Of a stretch of DNA of 64,000 nt, positions 30,356 through 40,522 are shown in pieces. The notes beneath the pieces were generated by a model. It worked only from the letters and a program-made list of their open reading frames with translations, had not been told where the DNA came from and ran no database searches. Source of the stretch: Thermoplasmata archaeon (GTDB taxonomy: Archaea > Thermoplasmatota > Thermoplasmata > Thermoplasmatales > GCA-001856825); contig JAJYUZ010000001.1 of the NCBI GenBank assembly GCA_021792255.1, positions 64,001 to 128,000 on the forward strand, read 5' to 3'. Each line of letters opens with the position of its first letter. The first letter of the stretch is position 1. The position numbers were made by a program, and so were the translations under genes.

Positions 30356-31386
30356 TCTAGCAGTCTACCTCTGTAAATTTTTCGGACCTTCTTTATGTCA
30401 TTGAGATTAGAACATCCAGTCAAAAACATTGCCGCTTTGAGTTCATTTTCAAGTTGCGATATCAAGATAGAGACTGCCTTATCGGATTGGATTGCCGCCT
30501 TCAGGAACGTGGATGCGAGTCCTCCAAGCGAGGCTCCCATGGCCAGGCCTCTGAACACATCCAGCCCGGTCCTGATGCCACCCGATGCTATCATTGGAAG
30601 TTCCACATCATCGCATATCAGACATATCGGAGAAGGGATTCCCCAGTTCCAGAAGGTCTTGCCAATTCTTTCCTTTGGTTCGTCTTCCTTGCTCCTGCTT
30701 CTTAAGGACTCCACAGCCGCAAATGAAGTACCGGACCTTCCACCAACATCTATTGCAGAGACTCCAAGCTGTTTAAATTCAAGAGAGTCCTGTGTGGAGA
30801 ATCCAGCTCCAGTCTCTTTTGCAATTATCTTGTATTTTTTTGAAAGATCTCCTACTCTTTTCTTTATTCCCTTGGAATTCCTATCTCCCTCTGGTTGCGA
30901 TAACTCTTGAACGAAATTGAAATGGACTGCTAGCGCGTCTGCTTTGATCAGGCTGACCGCGTACTCTATTTCCAGGTCACTCAGAGCGTTCTTGTCCTGT
31001 TTAATTAGCTGAGGTGCTCCAATATTAGCGATCCTGAACGGTACGTCATATTCGGCAACGACCGAGTAAGAGTCTCCCATTTCCCTATTCTGAATCGCAG
31101 CTCTTTCGGACCCGACTCCCATTGCAATTCCTGCTTCTGCTGCCCCCCTTGCAAGATTCTCGTTTATCTTCTTTGTATCCGGGTGTCCTCCTGTCATGGA
31201 AGATATGAGAATAGGCAGCTTGAGCTTCTTTCCCAGAAACTTTGTCGAAGTATTTATCTCATCAAAATTTACCTCTGGCATAGATTTTTGGATAATGTCG
31301 ATGTCATCCCAGTAATTGTAATCGTGGGAGACGTCCTGCGTGGATATGATATCTATGTGTTCCAGTTTTCGCCTCTCGACGGTCAT
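30337..31386 (-). CDS. fni: Type 2 isopentenyl-diphosphate delta-isomerase
   Basis: RKLEH; SSMTGG; MGVGSER; NIGAPQL; QE-QPEGD; KETG; WNWGIPS; SGGIR. Confidence 0.96.
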   Translation of the reverse strand: MTVERRKLEHIDIISTQDVSHDYNYWDDIDIIQKSMPEVNFDEINTSTKFLGKKLKLPILISSMTGGHPDTKKINENLARGAAEAGIAMGVGSERAAIQNREMGDSYSVVAEYDVPFRIANIGAPQLIKQDKNALSDLEIEYAVSLIKADALAVHFNFVQELSQPEGDRNSKGIKKRVGDLSKKYKIIAKETGAGFSTQDSLEFKQLGVSAIDVGGRSGTSFAAVESLRSRSKEDEPKERIGKTFWNWGIPSPICLICDDVELPMIASGGIRTGLDVFRGLAMGASLGGLASTFLKAAIQSDKAVSILISQLENELKAAMFLTGCSNLNDIKKVRKIYRGRLLEWTKQI

Positions 31387-32123
31387 GTGATCACCGTGGA
31401 AATAGTTTCCATCCCTCGGAAGTAACGTCCCAATCTCTCAGGCTTTTTTCCATTCAGGACAACCACTCTTCTACTATAGGCTACCATTTTCTTAATCCTT
31501 TCCATCTTTCCTGCCATTGATCCAGTTGCGTCCGTGTCGGTGTCCACAACCGATATCATCTTCGACTTTATTGAAGGGATTAATTTGGCGTTCTTGTTCT
31601 TCTTTGGGTCTCTATCATAGAGTCCATCAACGTCCGTTAGGAACACAACTGACTCTGGCCTGAACTTCCTAGAAAGATCGAGCGCGATTTCATCCCCGGA
31701 GATTATTCTATATTTCCCGTTGAAAAGAATTATGTCTCCGTAAAGTACAGGAACGAATCCCTTCCTAAGCAATGACTGAACTGGTTTGAAATCAGGTTTA
31801 TTTGAATTGTAAATTACGTGGGGAGGGACAGATATTGCCTTTACTCCCTTCGCATTGAGTTCGTCCACGATTTCTGAGTCGAGGGTGAGCACGTCTGAAA
31901 TCACTCTTGCTATCTCCGCTTCTCTTCCTTTAATCGGTCCAGGTTTATCCAGCCCGAATTTGAGTGCAAGAATATGACCGAACGAACCTGCTCCGTGGAT
32001 CAATATCTTTTTCTCTTTATTAGAAGATATTACCTCGCACAAATTTCTCAGAAGAGCCTGGTTTACTTTTCTATAGTTGGCTTTGTCAGTTATGACACTT
32101 CCTCCGAGCTTTATCACATTCAC
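31383..32123 (-). CDS. ipk: Isopentenyl phosphate kinase
   Basis: IKLGGSVITDK; HGAGSFGH (IPK His); ISGD; DATGSM-GK; adjacent to fni. Start approximate (GTG). Confidence 0.92.
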   Translation of the reverse strand: MNVIKLGGSVITDKANYRKVNQALLRNLCEVISSNKEKKILIHGAGSFGHILALKFGLDKPGPIKGREAEIARVISDVLTLDSEIVDELNAKGVKAISVPPHVIYNSNKPDFKPVQSLLRKGFVPVLYGDIILFNGKYRIISGDEIALDLSRKFRPESVVFLTDVDGLYDRDPKKNKNAKLIPSIKSKMISVVDTDTDATGSMAGKMERIKKMVAYSRRVVVLNGKKPERLGRYFRGMETISTVIT

Positions 32124-32191
32124 TCTTTGCAATTTCCTCCAAATAATTAAAATCATGGAAGATTGTATATTAGTGAAACAATTGTACCGTT

Positions 32192-33184
32192 ATGCCTTTG
32201 GACGTTTCAATGTTCAGGTACGTCGAATCGATTCCTGACGGAACCATTGACCTCGCTTCGAGTGCAATGAGAGGTATGAACCCTGATGGTCTCGGTGGGA
32301 CAGAAATAGAAGAACAGATTGCCAAATTGTACGGCGTCGAAAAAGAGCAGGTAATCGTCACTCCTTCGAACACATTTGCATCTTTCTTCACTCTATATCA
32401 TCTGAGAAAGAAAATTTCGTCCTTGGTCACTATAACTCCAGAGTACCCCGCTTATTATTATCAAGCGAGGGAGATCGGAATAACGGCATCTCTTGATAAC
32501 AGGGTTTCTTCAGAGGGTGTGGACTTATCTCCGTGGGATGTCGACGAAAAAACGGGATATTTTATTAGTAACCCGAACAATCCTACAGGCCTTTCGTGGA
32601 GTGAAGAGAGCATTAAATCGATCGCAAGAGAAACGGAAGGAAATGAATCCTACCTTGTGATTGATGATACGTTTTCCTTTTTCAATGGAACATTTCCACG
32701 GCGACTTGAGACAGGGAATACTATAATTCTAGGCTCGGTCTCTAAATTTTTTGGAGATTCAGGCATAAAGATGGGGTGGATAGTAAGTGGGAAACAGATA
32801 ATACAAGAAATGAGGGAGCGCATCGGAATCATCGTCCCTGTCATTTCTAATAACGTAAAGAGAAGGGGAAGCTATCTACTAAGCAACATAAATGTGTTCA
32901 AGGATTATAACAAGAAAAAGTTGGATGAAAATTCTAAGATTCTTTTCGAGAATTTTGATGAATATATTTTGGGTTACAGAGGAAGCGTCATAAATGCCAT
33001 CTCCGTGGGAGGGGACTCGACAAAATTTTCACTCTCTCTCATGACAGAAGGAGTGGCAACAGTTCCTGGTTATTACTTTGGTACTGACTCTCTAGTGAGG
33101 ATCGGCATCGGAACCGAAGATTCTGAGAGGACAGAAAAGGGAGTCAAAATTATTGCGAGGAGACTGTCGGACTGGTCGAGGTGA
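32192..33184 (+). CDS. PLP-dependent aminotransferase class I/II
   Basis: SNPNNPTG; VIDDTF; SVSKFFG-G-KMGW; VPG-YFG-RIG. Confidence 0.85.
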   Translation: MPLDVSMFRYVESIPDGTIDLASSAMRGMNPDGLGGTEIEEQIAKLYGVEKEQVIVTPSNTFASFFTLYHLRKKISSLVTITPEYPAYYYQAREIGITASLDNRVSSEGVDLSPWDVDEKTGYFISNPNNPTGLSWSEESIKSIARETEGNESYLVIDDTFSFFNGTFPRRLETGNTIILGSVSKFFGDSGIKMGWIVSGKQIIQEMRERIGIIVPVISNNVKRRGSYLLSNINVFKDYNKKKLDENSKILFENFDEYILGYRGSVINAISVGGDSTKFSLSLMTEGVATVPGYYFGTDSLVRIGIGTEDSERTEKGVKIIARRLSDWSR

Positions 33185-34623
33185 AGATGGATCCTGTTGG
33201 AATCCTATACGGAGATATCCATCCAACGGTCGTAAATTGCTCAGTAATGGGAAAGTTGAGACAGGGAGATTATGTCAGAATAAAACACCAGGAGGACGGC
33301 TGGGTTTTAGGGAAGGTAGATTCCATTGAAGCGAAGACCAACCTTTCAATTGAGAAATCGTACAAGATAATGGAAGGTAGCAATGTAGAGATACAGCAAG
33401 CGGTCTCGGCTCAGATAGTCATAATAGGTTATCTAGATCAAAAGAGAATCCTGCAATACCCGCGAACTCCCTTCCTGGCTGGAACACCAGTGTATTTAGC
33501 AGACGACGAATTCATAGCGTCCACCTTAAACATAAGCGCCGGAAAGAAGGGAAGAGCCTACGTGGGCCTGATTTATGGGCACAGCATTCCTTTTTCAATA
33601 GACATTAATGCCATGGTCCAGAAGCACATTTCAGTGATGGCAAAGACCGGTGGGGGGAAGAGCTACCTTACGGGTGTTATAGTCGAGGAACTCATAAAGA
33701 ACGATGTGACTGTTGTAATCATAGATCCTCATGGAGAATATGGATCAATGAAGAAGAAAGCATCGGATACCGACGAAATGAAGAGATTCTCCATTCGTCC
33801 GGGTTCCTATGGAGAGAAGATAATAACGTTTGCGCCCGAACGTGGTGACGAAAAGCTCACATTCACTCTTTCACAAATCAACGTTAAAGAGTTAGTCAGC
33901 ATAATGAATTTGTCCGATCCAAAGTCTTATGTTTTGCCTCTAAGAAAAGCAATCGACGCAATCAGACTTTCGAGCAAGGACTATGATTTTGATGATATCA
34001 CAAAAGAGTTGAAGAGACAGGATGATTCGTCCTTGTCTCAGACTCTTGAGAAGGAATTACTGTACCTCAAGTCTCTCAACGTTCTGGGAAAGCGGGGATT
34101 GAGGGTGGACGAACTGGTCGTGAAGGGCAAAGTGTCGATTATCGAAATGAAGGGGCTCCCTCCAGACGTGCAGGAGCTGATTGTGCAGAGGCTCTTGTAT
34201 GCTCTTTTCGAGGCAAGAAAGAAAGATCGGATACCCCCTCTTCTCACTGTCGTAGAGGAGGCGCACAATTTTGCACCACAACAGGGAAAGGCATTCTCGT
34301 CGAAGATAATGAGGACGGTTGCTTCCGAAGGTAGAAAATTTGGATTTGGATTGCTGGTAGTCTCTCAGCGGCCTGCAAAAATTGACAAGAACGTGCTATC
34401 CCAGTGCGGAACTCAATTGATCTTAAAAGTCACAAATCCTAACGACCTGAAGGCGATAGGAAATTCGGTCGAGGGTCTTACAACTTCCTCTCTCGACGAA
34501 ATACAGAGGCTTCCAGTTGGAATCTCTCTTATCGCGTCTCCGGACCTCCCAATTCCACTCTTTGTTGAGGTTCGTCCAAGAGAGACGGACGATGGAGGAA
34601 AGAATGTGAGGGTCGTTAAATGA
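33181..34623 (+). CDS. HerA/FtsK-family ATPase (HAS barrel + DUF87)
   Basis: Walker A AKTGGGKS; IIDPHGEY; VEEAHNF; EGRKFG; SQRPA. Confidence 0.92.
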   Translation: MKMDPVGILYGDIHPTVVNCSVMGKLRQGDYVRIKHQEDGWVLGKVDSIEAKTNLSIEKSYKIMEGSNVEIQQAVSAQIVIIGYLDQKRILQYPRTPFLAGTPVYLADDEFIASTLNISAGKKGRAYVGLIYGHSIPFSIDINAMVQKHISVMAKTGGGKSYLTGVIVEELIKNDVTVVIIDPHGEYGSMKKKASDTDEMKRFSIRPGSYGEKIITFAPERGDEKLTFTLSQINVKELVSIMNLSDPKSYVLPLRKAIDAIRLSSKDYDFDDITKELKRQDDSSLSQTLEKELLYLKSLNVLGKRGLRVDELVVKGKVSIIEMKGLPPDVQELIVQRLLYALFEARKKDRIPPLLTVVEEAHNFAPQQGKAFSSKIMRTVASEGRKFGFGLLVVSQRPAKIDKNVLSQCGTQLILKVTNPNDLKAIGNSVEGLTTSSLDEIQRLPVGISLIASPDLPIPLFVEVRPRETDDGGKNVRVVK

Positions 34624-34904
34624 CGATCCAGGAGAGGTGCAAGAAATATCTGGAGATGACAAGTGAGGCACTTAGGCTGGTAAAGATCTCTCCATCAAAG
34701 GAAAGTTTTCTGAACAAGGTGGCAACGGACTTCATTGAAATGTGCAACAACTACCTCAAGGATGCCACTTTCTTTTACGAGAAGGGCGATTATGAAAACT
34801 CCCTAGCTGCAAGTTCGTATGCGTACGCCTGGCTTGATGCCGGGGTACGACTAGGAATCCTCAGCGCGACTGGTGACTATAAGCGATTTACTCAGTATTC
34901 TTAA
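34620..34904 (+). CDS. DUF357 family protein
   Basis: YLKDA-FF-EKGD...YAYAWLDAG-RLG. Confidence 0.88.
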   Translation: MTIQERCKKYLEMTSEALRLVKISPSKESFLNKVATDFIEMCNNYLKDATFFYEKGDYENSLAASSYAYAWLDAGVRLGILSATGDYKRFTQYS

Positions 34905-35194
34905 CGAAATGTACTATAGTCGTATATCAAATCTATTAGTCTTTTGCTGGTGACGTCGTCAATTATTCCTTCGTTCTTTTTGACCAAGACATAATCTCTT
35001 GCTTCCAGTACTCCATTTTTTGCAGCCTTTGCATAAACGGATCCTATAACTCCTCCTCTGACACTTTCTGGAAGATCTTTCAAGCACTTTCCTAAGAGAA
35101 ATCTGAACTCCTCATTTTTTCTCATGTTGAGTTTTCTTAACTTTCTCTTCGTCTCTATACCATCTGCGTTCGTAGGGGTTCGATTTACCTCCAT
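34901..35194 (-). CDS. Conserved hypothetical protein
   Basis: Basic ORF of about 97 aa; shares its TTAA stop with the DUF357 gene; start uncertain (35194 or 35221). Confidence 0.65.
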   Translation of the reverse strand: MEVNRTPTNADGIETKRKLRKLNMRKNEEFRFLLGKCLKDLPESVRGGVIGSVYAKAAKNGVLEARDYVLVKKNEGIIDDVTSKRLIDLIYDYSTFR

Positions 35195-35426
35195 CTGTTG
35201 GTAAAGATTAATCCGTAACATTTAAATATTTCTGTAATGCGTCTAAGTCTAATATCCCCTGAAATCAAGGAGTAGGGTAATCTGTATTCTCACAAGAGCG
35301 CACTTATTCACCGTCGAACGGTAAGCACTCTCCATTCCAGTTCGTTTCACCGGCAATGTGTGATTTGATAAGGCTTAAATTGGATTCACGTACTGGCAAA
35401 TAATTTATTGTAAATTGGCTTAGGCA

Positions 35427-37805
35427 TTGGTGACGGAGGCTGTAAGAAAAAGGCACATCTTCTACTCAAGCGGAGCAGCAAGAGCTTTTTCGGTCATCGA
35501 AGGAGAAGATGCTCAAGGAATAGTCGACCTAATCAAGGAGATGTCATCTTCAGTGAACGTCAAAATAATGCCTGAAGAAGAAAGTCTTGTGATCCTTCTC
35601 AAATCGGGTGCTTCGGTAGACGATCTGCGTACAATGAAGATACTCCAGAATTTTCTCAAGATAATAGGAGAGACATCAAAGGTCCATAAGCTGGTGGCAG
35701 AAGACATTTCGGAAAAAAAGATAGAGAAATATAGCGAAATAACTCTGAATTATTATAAATTAATTTCTGAGCTAGGAAAGAGTGAATTGGAAGATTTTAC
35801 CGAATTCATGAATTTATTCCCGCTGAAATACGATCTGTCAGAGGACTACATTAGCCACCTGCCTTCATTCCTCAAACCTTATTATGGGCTGTTCAAGAAA
35901 CGTGAGGACCCTCCCAAAAGGAAGAGCAAAATCTCAAAAAGAAGATTTCCCGATTATTCGACTGAAATGAGGTGGATCGCCAGAGACATCTTGTTCAAAA
36001 ATGGCACCACAGGCATCGTCGTACCGGACGATTATTTAGTGGTAGGTTTAGTCAGAGAACTGGAACTATATGGAATCAACCCCAGCGTGACTACCCCAGT
36101 CTCTGAAATATTGCTGAATGACGTGCCTTACAACTTTGTCGTTTCAGCGCTCAAGTGCATAGACGAAAATTTTTCGTACGAGACAGTCATTTCTTTATTA
36201 GAAAATCCTTTCTCAGGAATAGATCCGGTCAAGACGTACGACATAAAGGACCAGTGTTACGAAAAAAACATAACGAAGGGTATAGAAGACTGGAAGACCT
36301 TGTTCCACGACTTAAAAGTTAATGGGAATATTTTGGTAGATCTAGAATTATTATCCGAAGTAATATCTAATAAGGACGGCCTTTTTGACTTGGTCAGATT
36401 TGTCGATAAATATCTGGGAGAGAGAAGCTATCCCAGCAGAATGCTGGGTATTCTTCTTTCCGCCTACGAAGGCTATTCGAACGATGTAGCTGAGTTAATC
36501 AATGATCTCGAGTCGATGAAGTACATACCGAAGGTGAACATTGTCGGAGGTACGGATGTCTGGATTGGAAAGCCCCTCGACTTGCTGGGAATTCCGCTGA
36601 ACAACCTTTACCTTGCGGGGTTGGATGCGGCGTCGTCCCTTCGAGCATTCCCGGAAGAGGCAAGAGACTTTTTGGTGAGAACCGGGCTTGGTGGTGCCTT
36701 TGAAGACGTGGTAGAAAGTGCATACCTATCCTTAATTGAACGGGCGGAGAACGTTAACCTGAGCTATTCTACAATGGATGAAAAACTCTCCTATACGGAA
36801 TCAACTTCGTTCTATGATGGAATTGCAGCCGACGAGGAGTATATTCAGAGAGAGACGGCATTCTTGCCGCAGAGTCCAGTTACTCGATGGGAGATGGGGA
36901 AAGAAAACAGAGTTTCCAACAGATACCTGCTTGATGAAGGGCTGATAAAGTCCAGAATAGATAAACCGATTTATCCGACGCTTATAGAAAATTACGCAGG
37001 GTGCCACTTTAAGGGTTTCGTCAACGGGATGTTGAGTATAGACGATATTGACTCTCCCAGAGAATTCCTTGATCCTCGAACAACTGGAACTTTGACGCAC
37101 AGGATCCTTGAGAAGTTCTATTCCACAGAAACATCTCCGGCAGAATTTGGAAAGTCAGCAGATTCTTACATCAGAGGCGAGATCAACAAGGAAAAATACG
37201 AATCTAGAATCGAGGCACTGAAATTCTACAGGGACAGATATCTCATGAGTGGGAGATTGGTAAGATTCTTCCTGATGGATGTGAGACACTCACTTGAACT
37301 GGGAAGAAAGACTGTACAGAAGGAATTTCATTTTCCGACCGCCGAGCAACAGGTGTTTTACAATTTCGGAGAGAAAAAGATCAGCATCGGTGGTTACGTC
37401 GATAGGGTTGACGAAGATAAAGGAGGTTTTTGCATCATAGATTATAAGAGTTCGCTGTACGGCTATCCAAAGAACGATCTGTGTGACGAGAGGCACAACA
37501 AGATCCAACTTTTTTTCTACAAACTTGGAGTGGAGTCGATTCTCAAAAAGAAGGTGAGTGCCGCTGCCTACGTTTCATTCAGAGACATAAACGATGGATT
37601 CAGCACTGCGGGTTTTTTCAACTCAATTCCTAACGAACAAGCACAATTGCAGAAGTGCAGGGAAATAGTAGATCCCGTGCTTGAAGACTTCGTGAGCGGA
37701 GACTGCGATCCAGTTGTCAAGGAAGGAGAAAGCCTCTGGAAATGCGAAAACGAACTGTTCTGTTCCCTACTGAGCATTTGCAGGGTCCAGGAAAGGAGAT
37801 GGTGA
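35427..37805 (+). CDS. AddB/RexB-like protein with C-terminal PD-(D/E)xK (RecB-type) nuclease and Fe-S cysteines
   Basis: ENYAGCHF; G-LTHRILE; KEF; GYVDRVD; IIDYKS; Q--FY; C-terminal CENELFCSLLSIC. Confidence 0.85.
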   Translation: MVTEAVRKRHIFYSSGAARAFSVIEGEDAQGIVDLIKEMSSSVNVKIMPEEESLVILLKSGASVDDLRTMKILQNFLKIIGETSKVHKLVAEDISEKKIEKYSEITLNYYKLISELGKSELEDFTEFMNLFPLKYDLSEDYISHLPSFLKPYYGLFKKREDPPKRKSKISKRRFPDYSTEMRWIARDILFKNGTTGIVVPDDYLVVGLVRELELYGINPSVTTPVSEILLNDVPYNFVVSALKCIDENFSYETVISLLENPFSGIDPVKTYDIKDQCYEKNITKGIEDWKTLFHDLKVNGNILVDLELLSEVISNKDGLFDLVRFVDKYLGERSYPSRMLGILLSAYEGYSNDVAELINDLESMKYIPKVNIVGGTDVWIGKPLDLLGIPLNNLYLAGLDAASSLRAFPEEARDFLVRTGLGGAFEDVVESAYLSLIERAENVNLSYSTMDEKLSYTESTSFYDGIAADEEYIQRETAFLPQSPVTRWEMGKENRVSNRYLLDEGLIKSRIDKPIYPTLIENYAGCHFKGFVNGMLSIDDIDSPREFLDPRTTGTLTHRILEKFYSTETSPAEFGKSADSYIRGEINKEKYESRIEALKFYRDRYLMSGRLVRFFLMDVRHSLELGRKTVQKEFHFPTAEQQVFYNFGEKKISIGGYVDRVDEDKGGFCIIDYKSSLYGYPKNDLCDERHNKIQLFFYKLGVESILKKKVSAAAYVSFRDINDGFSTAGFFNSIPNEQAQLQKCREIVDPVLEDFVSGDCDPVVKEGESLWKCENELFCSLLSICRVQERRW

Positions 37806-37806
37806 A

Positions 37807-40146
37807 ATGAGCGGCGACTACGTTTCTGCTGTCCCCGGATCTGGAAAGACCGAGACTCTCATCAACAAGTGTTATGAACTGATGGAGGAAGAAGGCGTAG
37901 AAAACGTTGTCGCAATAACATTTACCGATCGCGCATCAGAAGAACTCGTCGAACGGTTGAAGAAAAGAGCACTGAAGGAAGGAAAGTCAGAATTGGTAAG
38001 ACAACTTCCGACTTCAAACGTAGGGACCATCCACAATTTCTGCTCAAAAATCGTAAGAAAATACGGTTCAGAAATAGGTATACCGTGGAACTTCAGAGTG
38101 ATGGATGAACTTGAATCTTTTAACATGCTGGAAAGGAGCGTGAGGAACTTTATAATAAATACTAGGAATGCGAACAAAGTAACGGAGAAAGGGTTACTTC
38201 TGGGCAGAATGTTAGAAGAGTTCGGAACGGACGTCGAACAAGTCATAAAAGACTGTACTGAGGTGATGGAGGCACAGAAGGGGTACCTTGATTATATGAT
38301 GCTCACAAACCGAAGTTTCTATACAATGTACAGATTGGAATCATTTGACGAAGCCGTCATGAAGGAAGTATCTTCCAGATTGCGGATATCTTTGATACCC
38401 AGTTTGCTGTCTCTCCTCTCATCCTTCGTGAGCGAATATCAGGCCATAAAACGAAAGGCAAGACTAATGGATTTCGACGACCTTTTATTATACACCCTCA
38501 AAGTCATGGACGTGAGGGGAGAAGAGGTAGCCAAGAAGTACAAGTACATACTGGTCGACGAGTTTCAGGACACCGATGAACTACAGATCGCATTATTCAA
38601 TAAGTTCTTGGAGAACGATTCTACTTTTTTCGTCGTCGGTGATCTCAATCAGAGTATCTACTCGTTCAGAGGGGCGCACCCGGGAGCTCAACGGAACTTT
38701 TCGGACAGAATTTCCAACCAAATCACTCTGAAGACAAATAGGAGAAGTGGAAAGAATCTCATCACCTTCTTCAATAAATTTTTCCCCACATTGATAGAGT
38801 ACGAGCCGATGGAAGGCTCTTCAGATCACTTGGGTGGAGCTTATCTTCATATTGAGGATGACAAACTCCTCGCGGTAGCCGAAATTATCAAAATGAAGAT
38901 AAGGGAGGGAAAACTCCCGGGTAAGATTGCGGTCCTTAGCAGAACTTCGTCGGATTTCTTTAATTTAAAAAGATATCTGAAAAGAGAGGGTATAGATTGC
39001 GTTCTCATTTCGGGGGAGTCGATATTGAAGTCGCAGGAGGGACTAGACGTGCTCTCCCTGGTCCGGTACTTAGCTGACCCTGGAGATCAGGTCGCTCAAG
39101 CATCACTCCTTTTCTCCCCAATGTTCAGTATGAACGTATCAGACTTAATGCGATCAAAAGACAAACTTGGAGAAGTTTTGGAGACGAAGCTTGGCAAGTA
39201 CAGACAGGAAGTTAGGGACGAAAGAATCGATTTCCTGATTAACAGAATCATGCTCAAGGAAGAGTACACTTCCAACCTGCTTGGAACTATCGACGGAAGA
39301 GAAAGGGTGGATAGGCTCTACAGAATTCTTGAGCTTATCTCTTCTCACGTCTCTGCGTATGGAGGCAACGTATATTCCTTGGTAGAGTGGTTGCAGAACG
39401 CTAGCAACAGTAAGGAAAGTGGCCCGATTGAGGATCTGCTTGAGGATCAGTCCAGAGTGAAGATTATGACGATTCATCAGGCAAAGGGGCTGGAGTTCGA
39501 CTCAGTAATAATTTATGATTTGCGACCGGGAGTGGACAGGGAGAAGTACTATGCAGACGAATACGTTGGAATCGTCGCAAAGAGAGAAAAAGATTTTATC
39601 ACCTCACCCAGCAAAAAAATAATTGGCAAGAGTGAAAGACACAGCTTCTCTCTGAATGAAGAATCTAGAATACTGTACGTTGCATTTACTAGAGCGAAGA
39701 GTGATCTGCATTTCGTCTTTTCCGAAAAGGATCTGAAGGATGAGAGAAATGCGAAGAAAGCAGATGATTTGATCTCTCTCTTCCAAAGGACTATAGGTCT
39801 CTGGAAAGAAAGCGATCCGAAGGGGAGAGAGGAGGCCATTTCTAAGATGTCACTGATCTCTTCTAAGATTTCAAAGACTTCACCACTAGAACAGAAAAAA
39901 ATAGATCAGAGTGTTTCCGAATTACCGAAACTGAACGATATTCGGCCGTACACTCAAAACGACGATGACAATGAGCAGGCAATCGTACAATTTCTCAAGG
40001 GAAAAGGAGATAAGATCAAAGAGTTCAGGCTGTACTCCAATGGATCTAGAGTGACAATAACAGAAATGGGCCTAAAGATTTATGAGGATATCTCAACGCC
40101 AAACAACTATTTCGTGAAAAATGGGGAGATAAAATTCATCCTTTAG
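37807..40146 (+). CDS. UvrD/AddA-like SF1A helicase
   Basis: PGSGKT; ITFT; TIHNFC; VDEFQD; GDLNQSIYSFRG; TNRRS; MTIHQAKGLEF; LYVAFTRAK. Confidence 0.93.
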   Translation: MSGDYVSAVPGSGKTETLINKCYELMEEEGVENVVAITFTDRASEELVERLKKRALKEGKSELVRQLPTSNVGTIHNFCSKIVRKYGSEIGIPWNFRVMDELESFNMLERSVRNFIINTRNANKVTEKGLLLGRMLEEFGTDVEQVIKDCTEVMEAQKGYLDYMMLTNRSFYTMYRLESFDEAVMKEVSSRLRISLIPSLLSLLSSFVSEYQAIKRKARLMDFDDLLLYTLKVMDVRGEEVAKKYKYILVDEFQDTDELQIALFNKFLENDSTFFVVGDLNQSIYSFRGAHPGAQRNFSDRISNQITLKTNRRSGKNLITFFNKFFPTLIEYEPMEGSSDHLGGAYLHIEDDKLLAVAEIIKMKIREGKLPGKIAVLSRTSSDFFNLKRYLKREGIDCVLISGESILKSQEGLDVLSLVRYLADPGDQVAQASLLFSPMFSMNVSDLMRSKDKLGEVLETKLGKYRQEVRDERIDFLINRIMLKEEYTSNLLGTIDGRERVDRLYRILELISSHVSAYGGNVYSLVEWLQNASNSKESGPIEDLLEDQSRVKIMTIHQAKGLEFDSVIIYDLRPGVDREKYYADEYVGIVAKREKDFITSPSKKIIGKSERHSFSLNEESRILYVAFTRAKSDLHFVFSEKDLKDERNAKKADDLISLFQRTIGLWKESDPKGREEAISKMSLISSKISKTSPLEQKKIDQSVSELPKLNDIRPYTQNDDDNEQAIVQFLKGKGDKIKEFRLYSNGSRVTITEMGLKIYEDISTPNNYFVKNGEIKFIL

Positions 40147-40277
40147 CACTTACTCTGGGGGACATTCATAGCCTTCGTCAAGTCCATCCAACAAATCATG
40201 TGACGAGTATGCCTGTTGGATAAGGATAACGGTCCCACCTTTGAGAGAGATTTTATATTTTTATCGAATTAGGCTTA

Positions 40278-40352
40278 GCTCCGGTAGTGTAGACCGGCCA
40301 AGCATATGGGGCTCTCAATCCCACGACCCGGGTCCAAATCCCGGCCGGAGCA
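40278..40352 (+). tRNA. tRNA-Glu (anticodon CUC)
   Basis: GCTCCGGTAGTGTAG...TGGGG-CTCTCAA-TCCCA...CCGGG-TCCAAAT-CCCGG-CCGGAGCA cloverleaf. Confidence 0.94.
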
Positions 40353-40522
40353 TTGGTGAGAAGGGATAACAATGGAGTCAGCTGTATAGTGCAGAACATT
40401 TCACTTTGGTGACTGATCTCGATAATTACAGCCTTAAGCACGATATCGAGAGACTTTGTGAAAATGTCCTGGGAGAATCAACGGGCAAAAACATTTAACT
40501 CAATAAGGGTGTTCAATGATGA

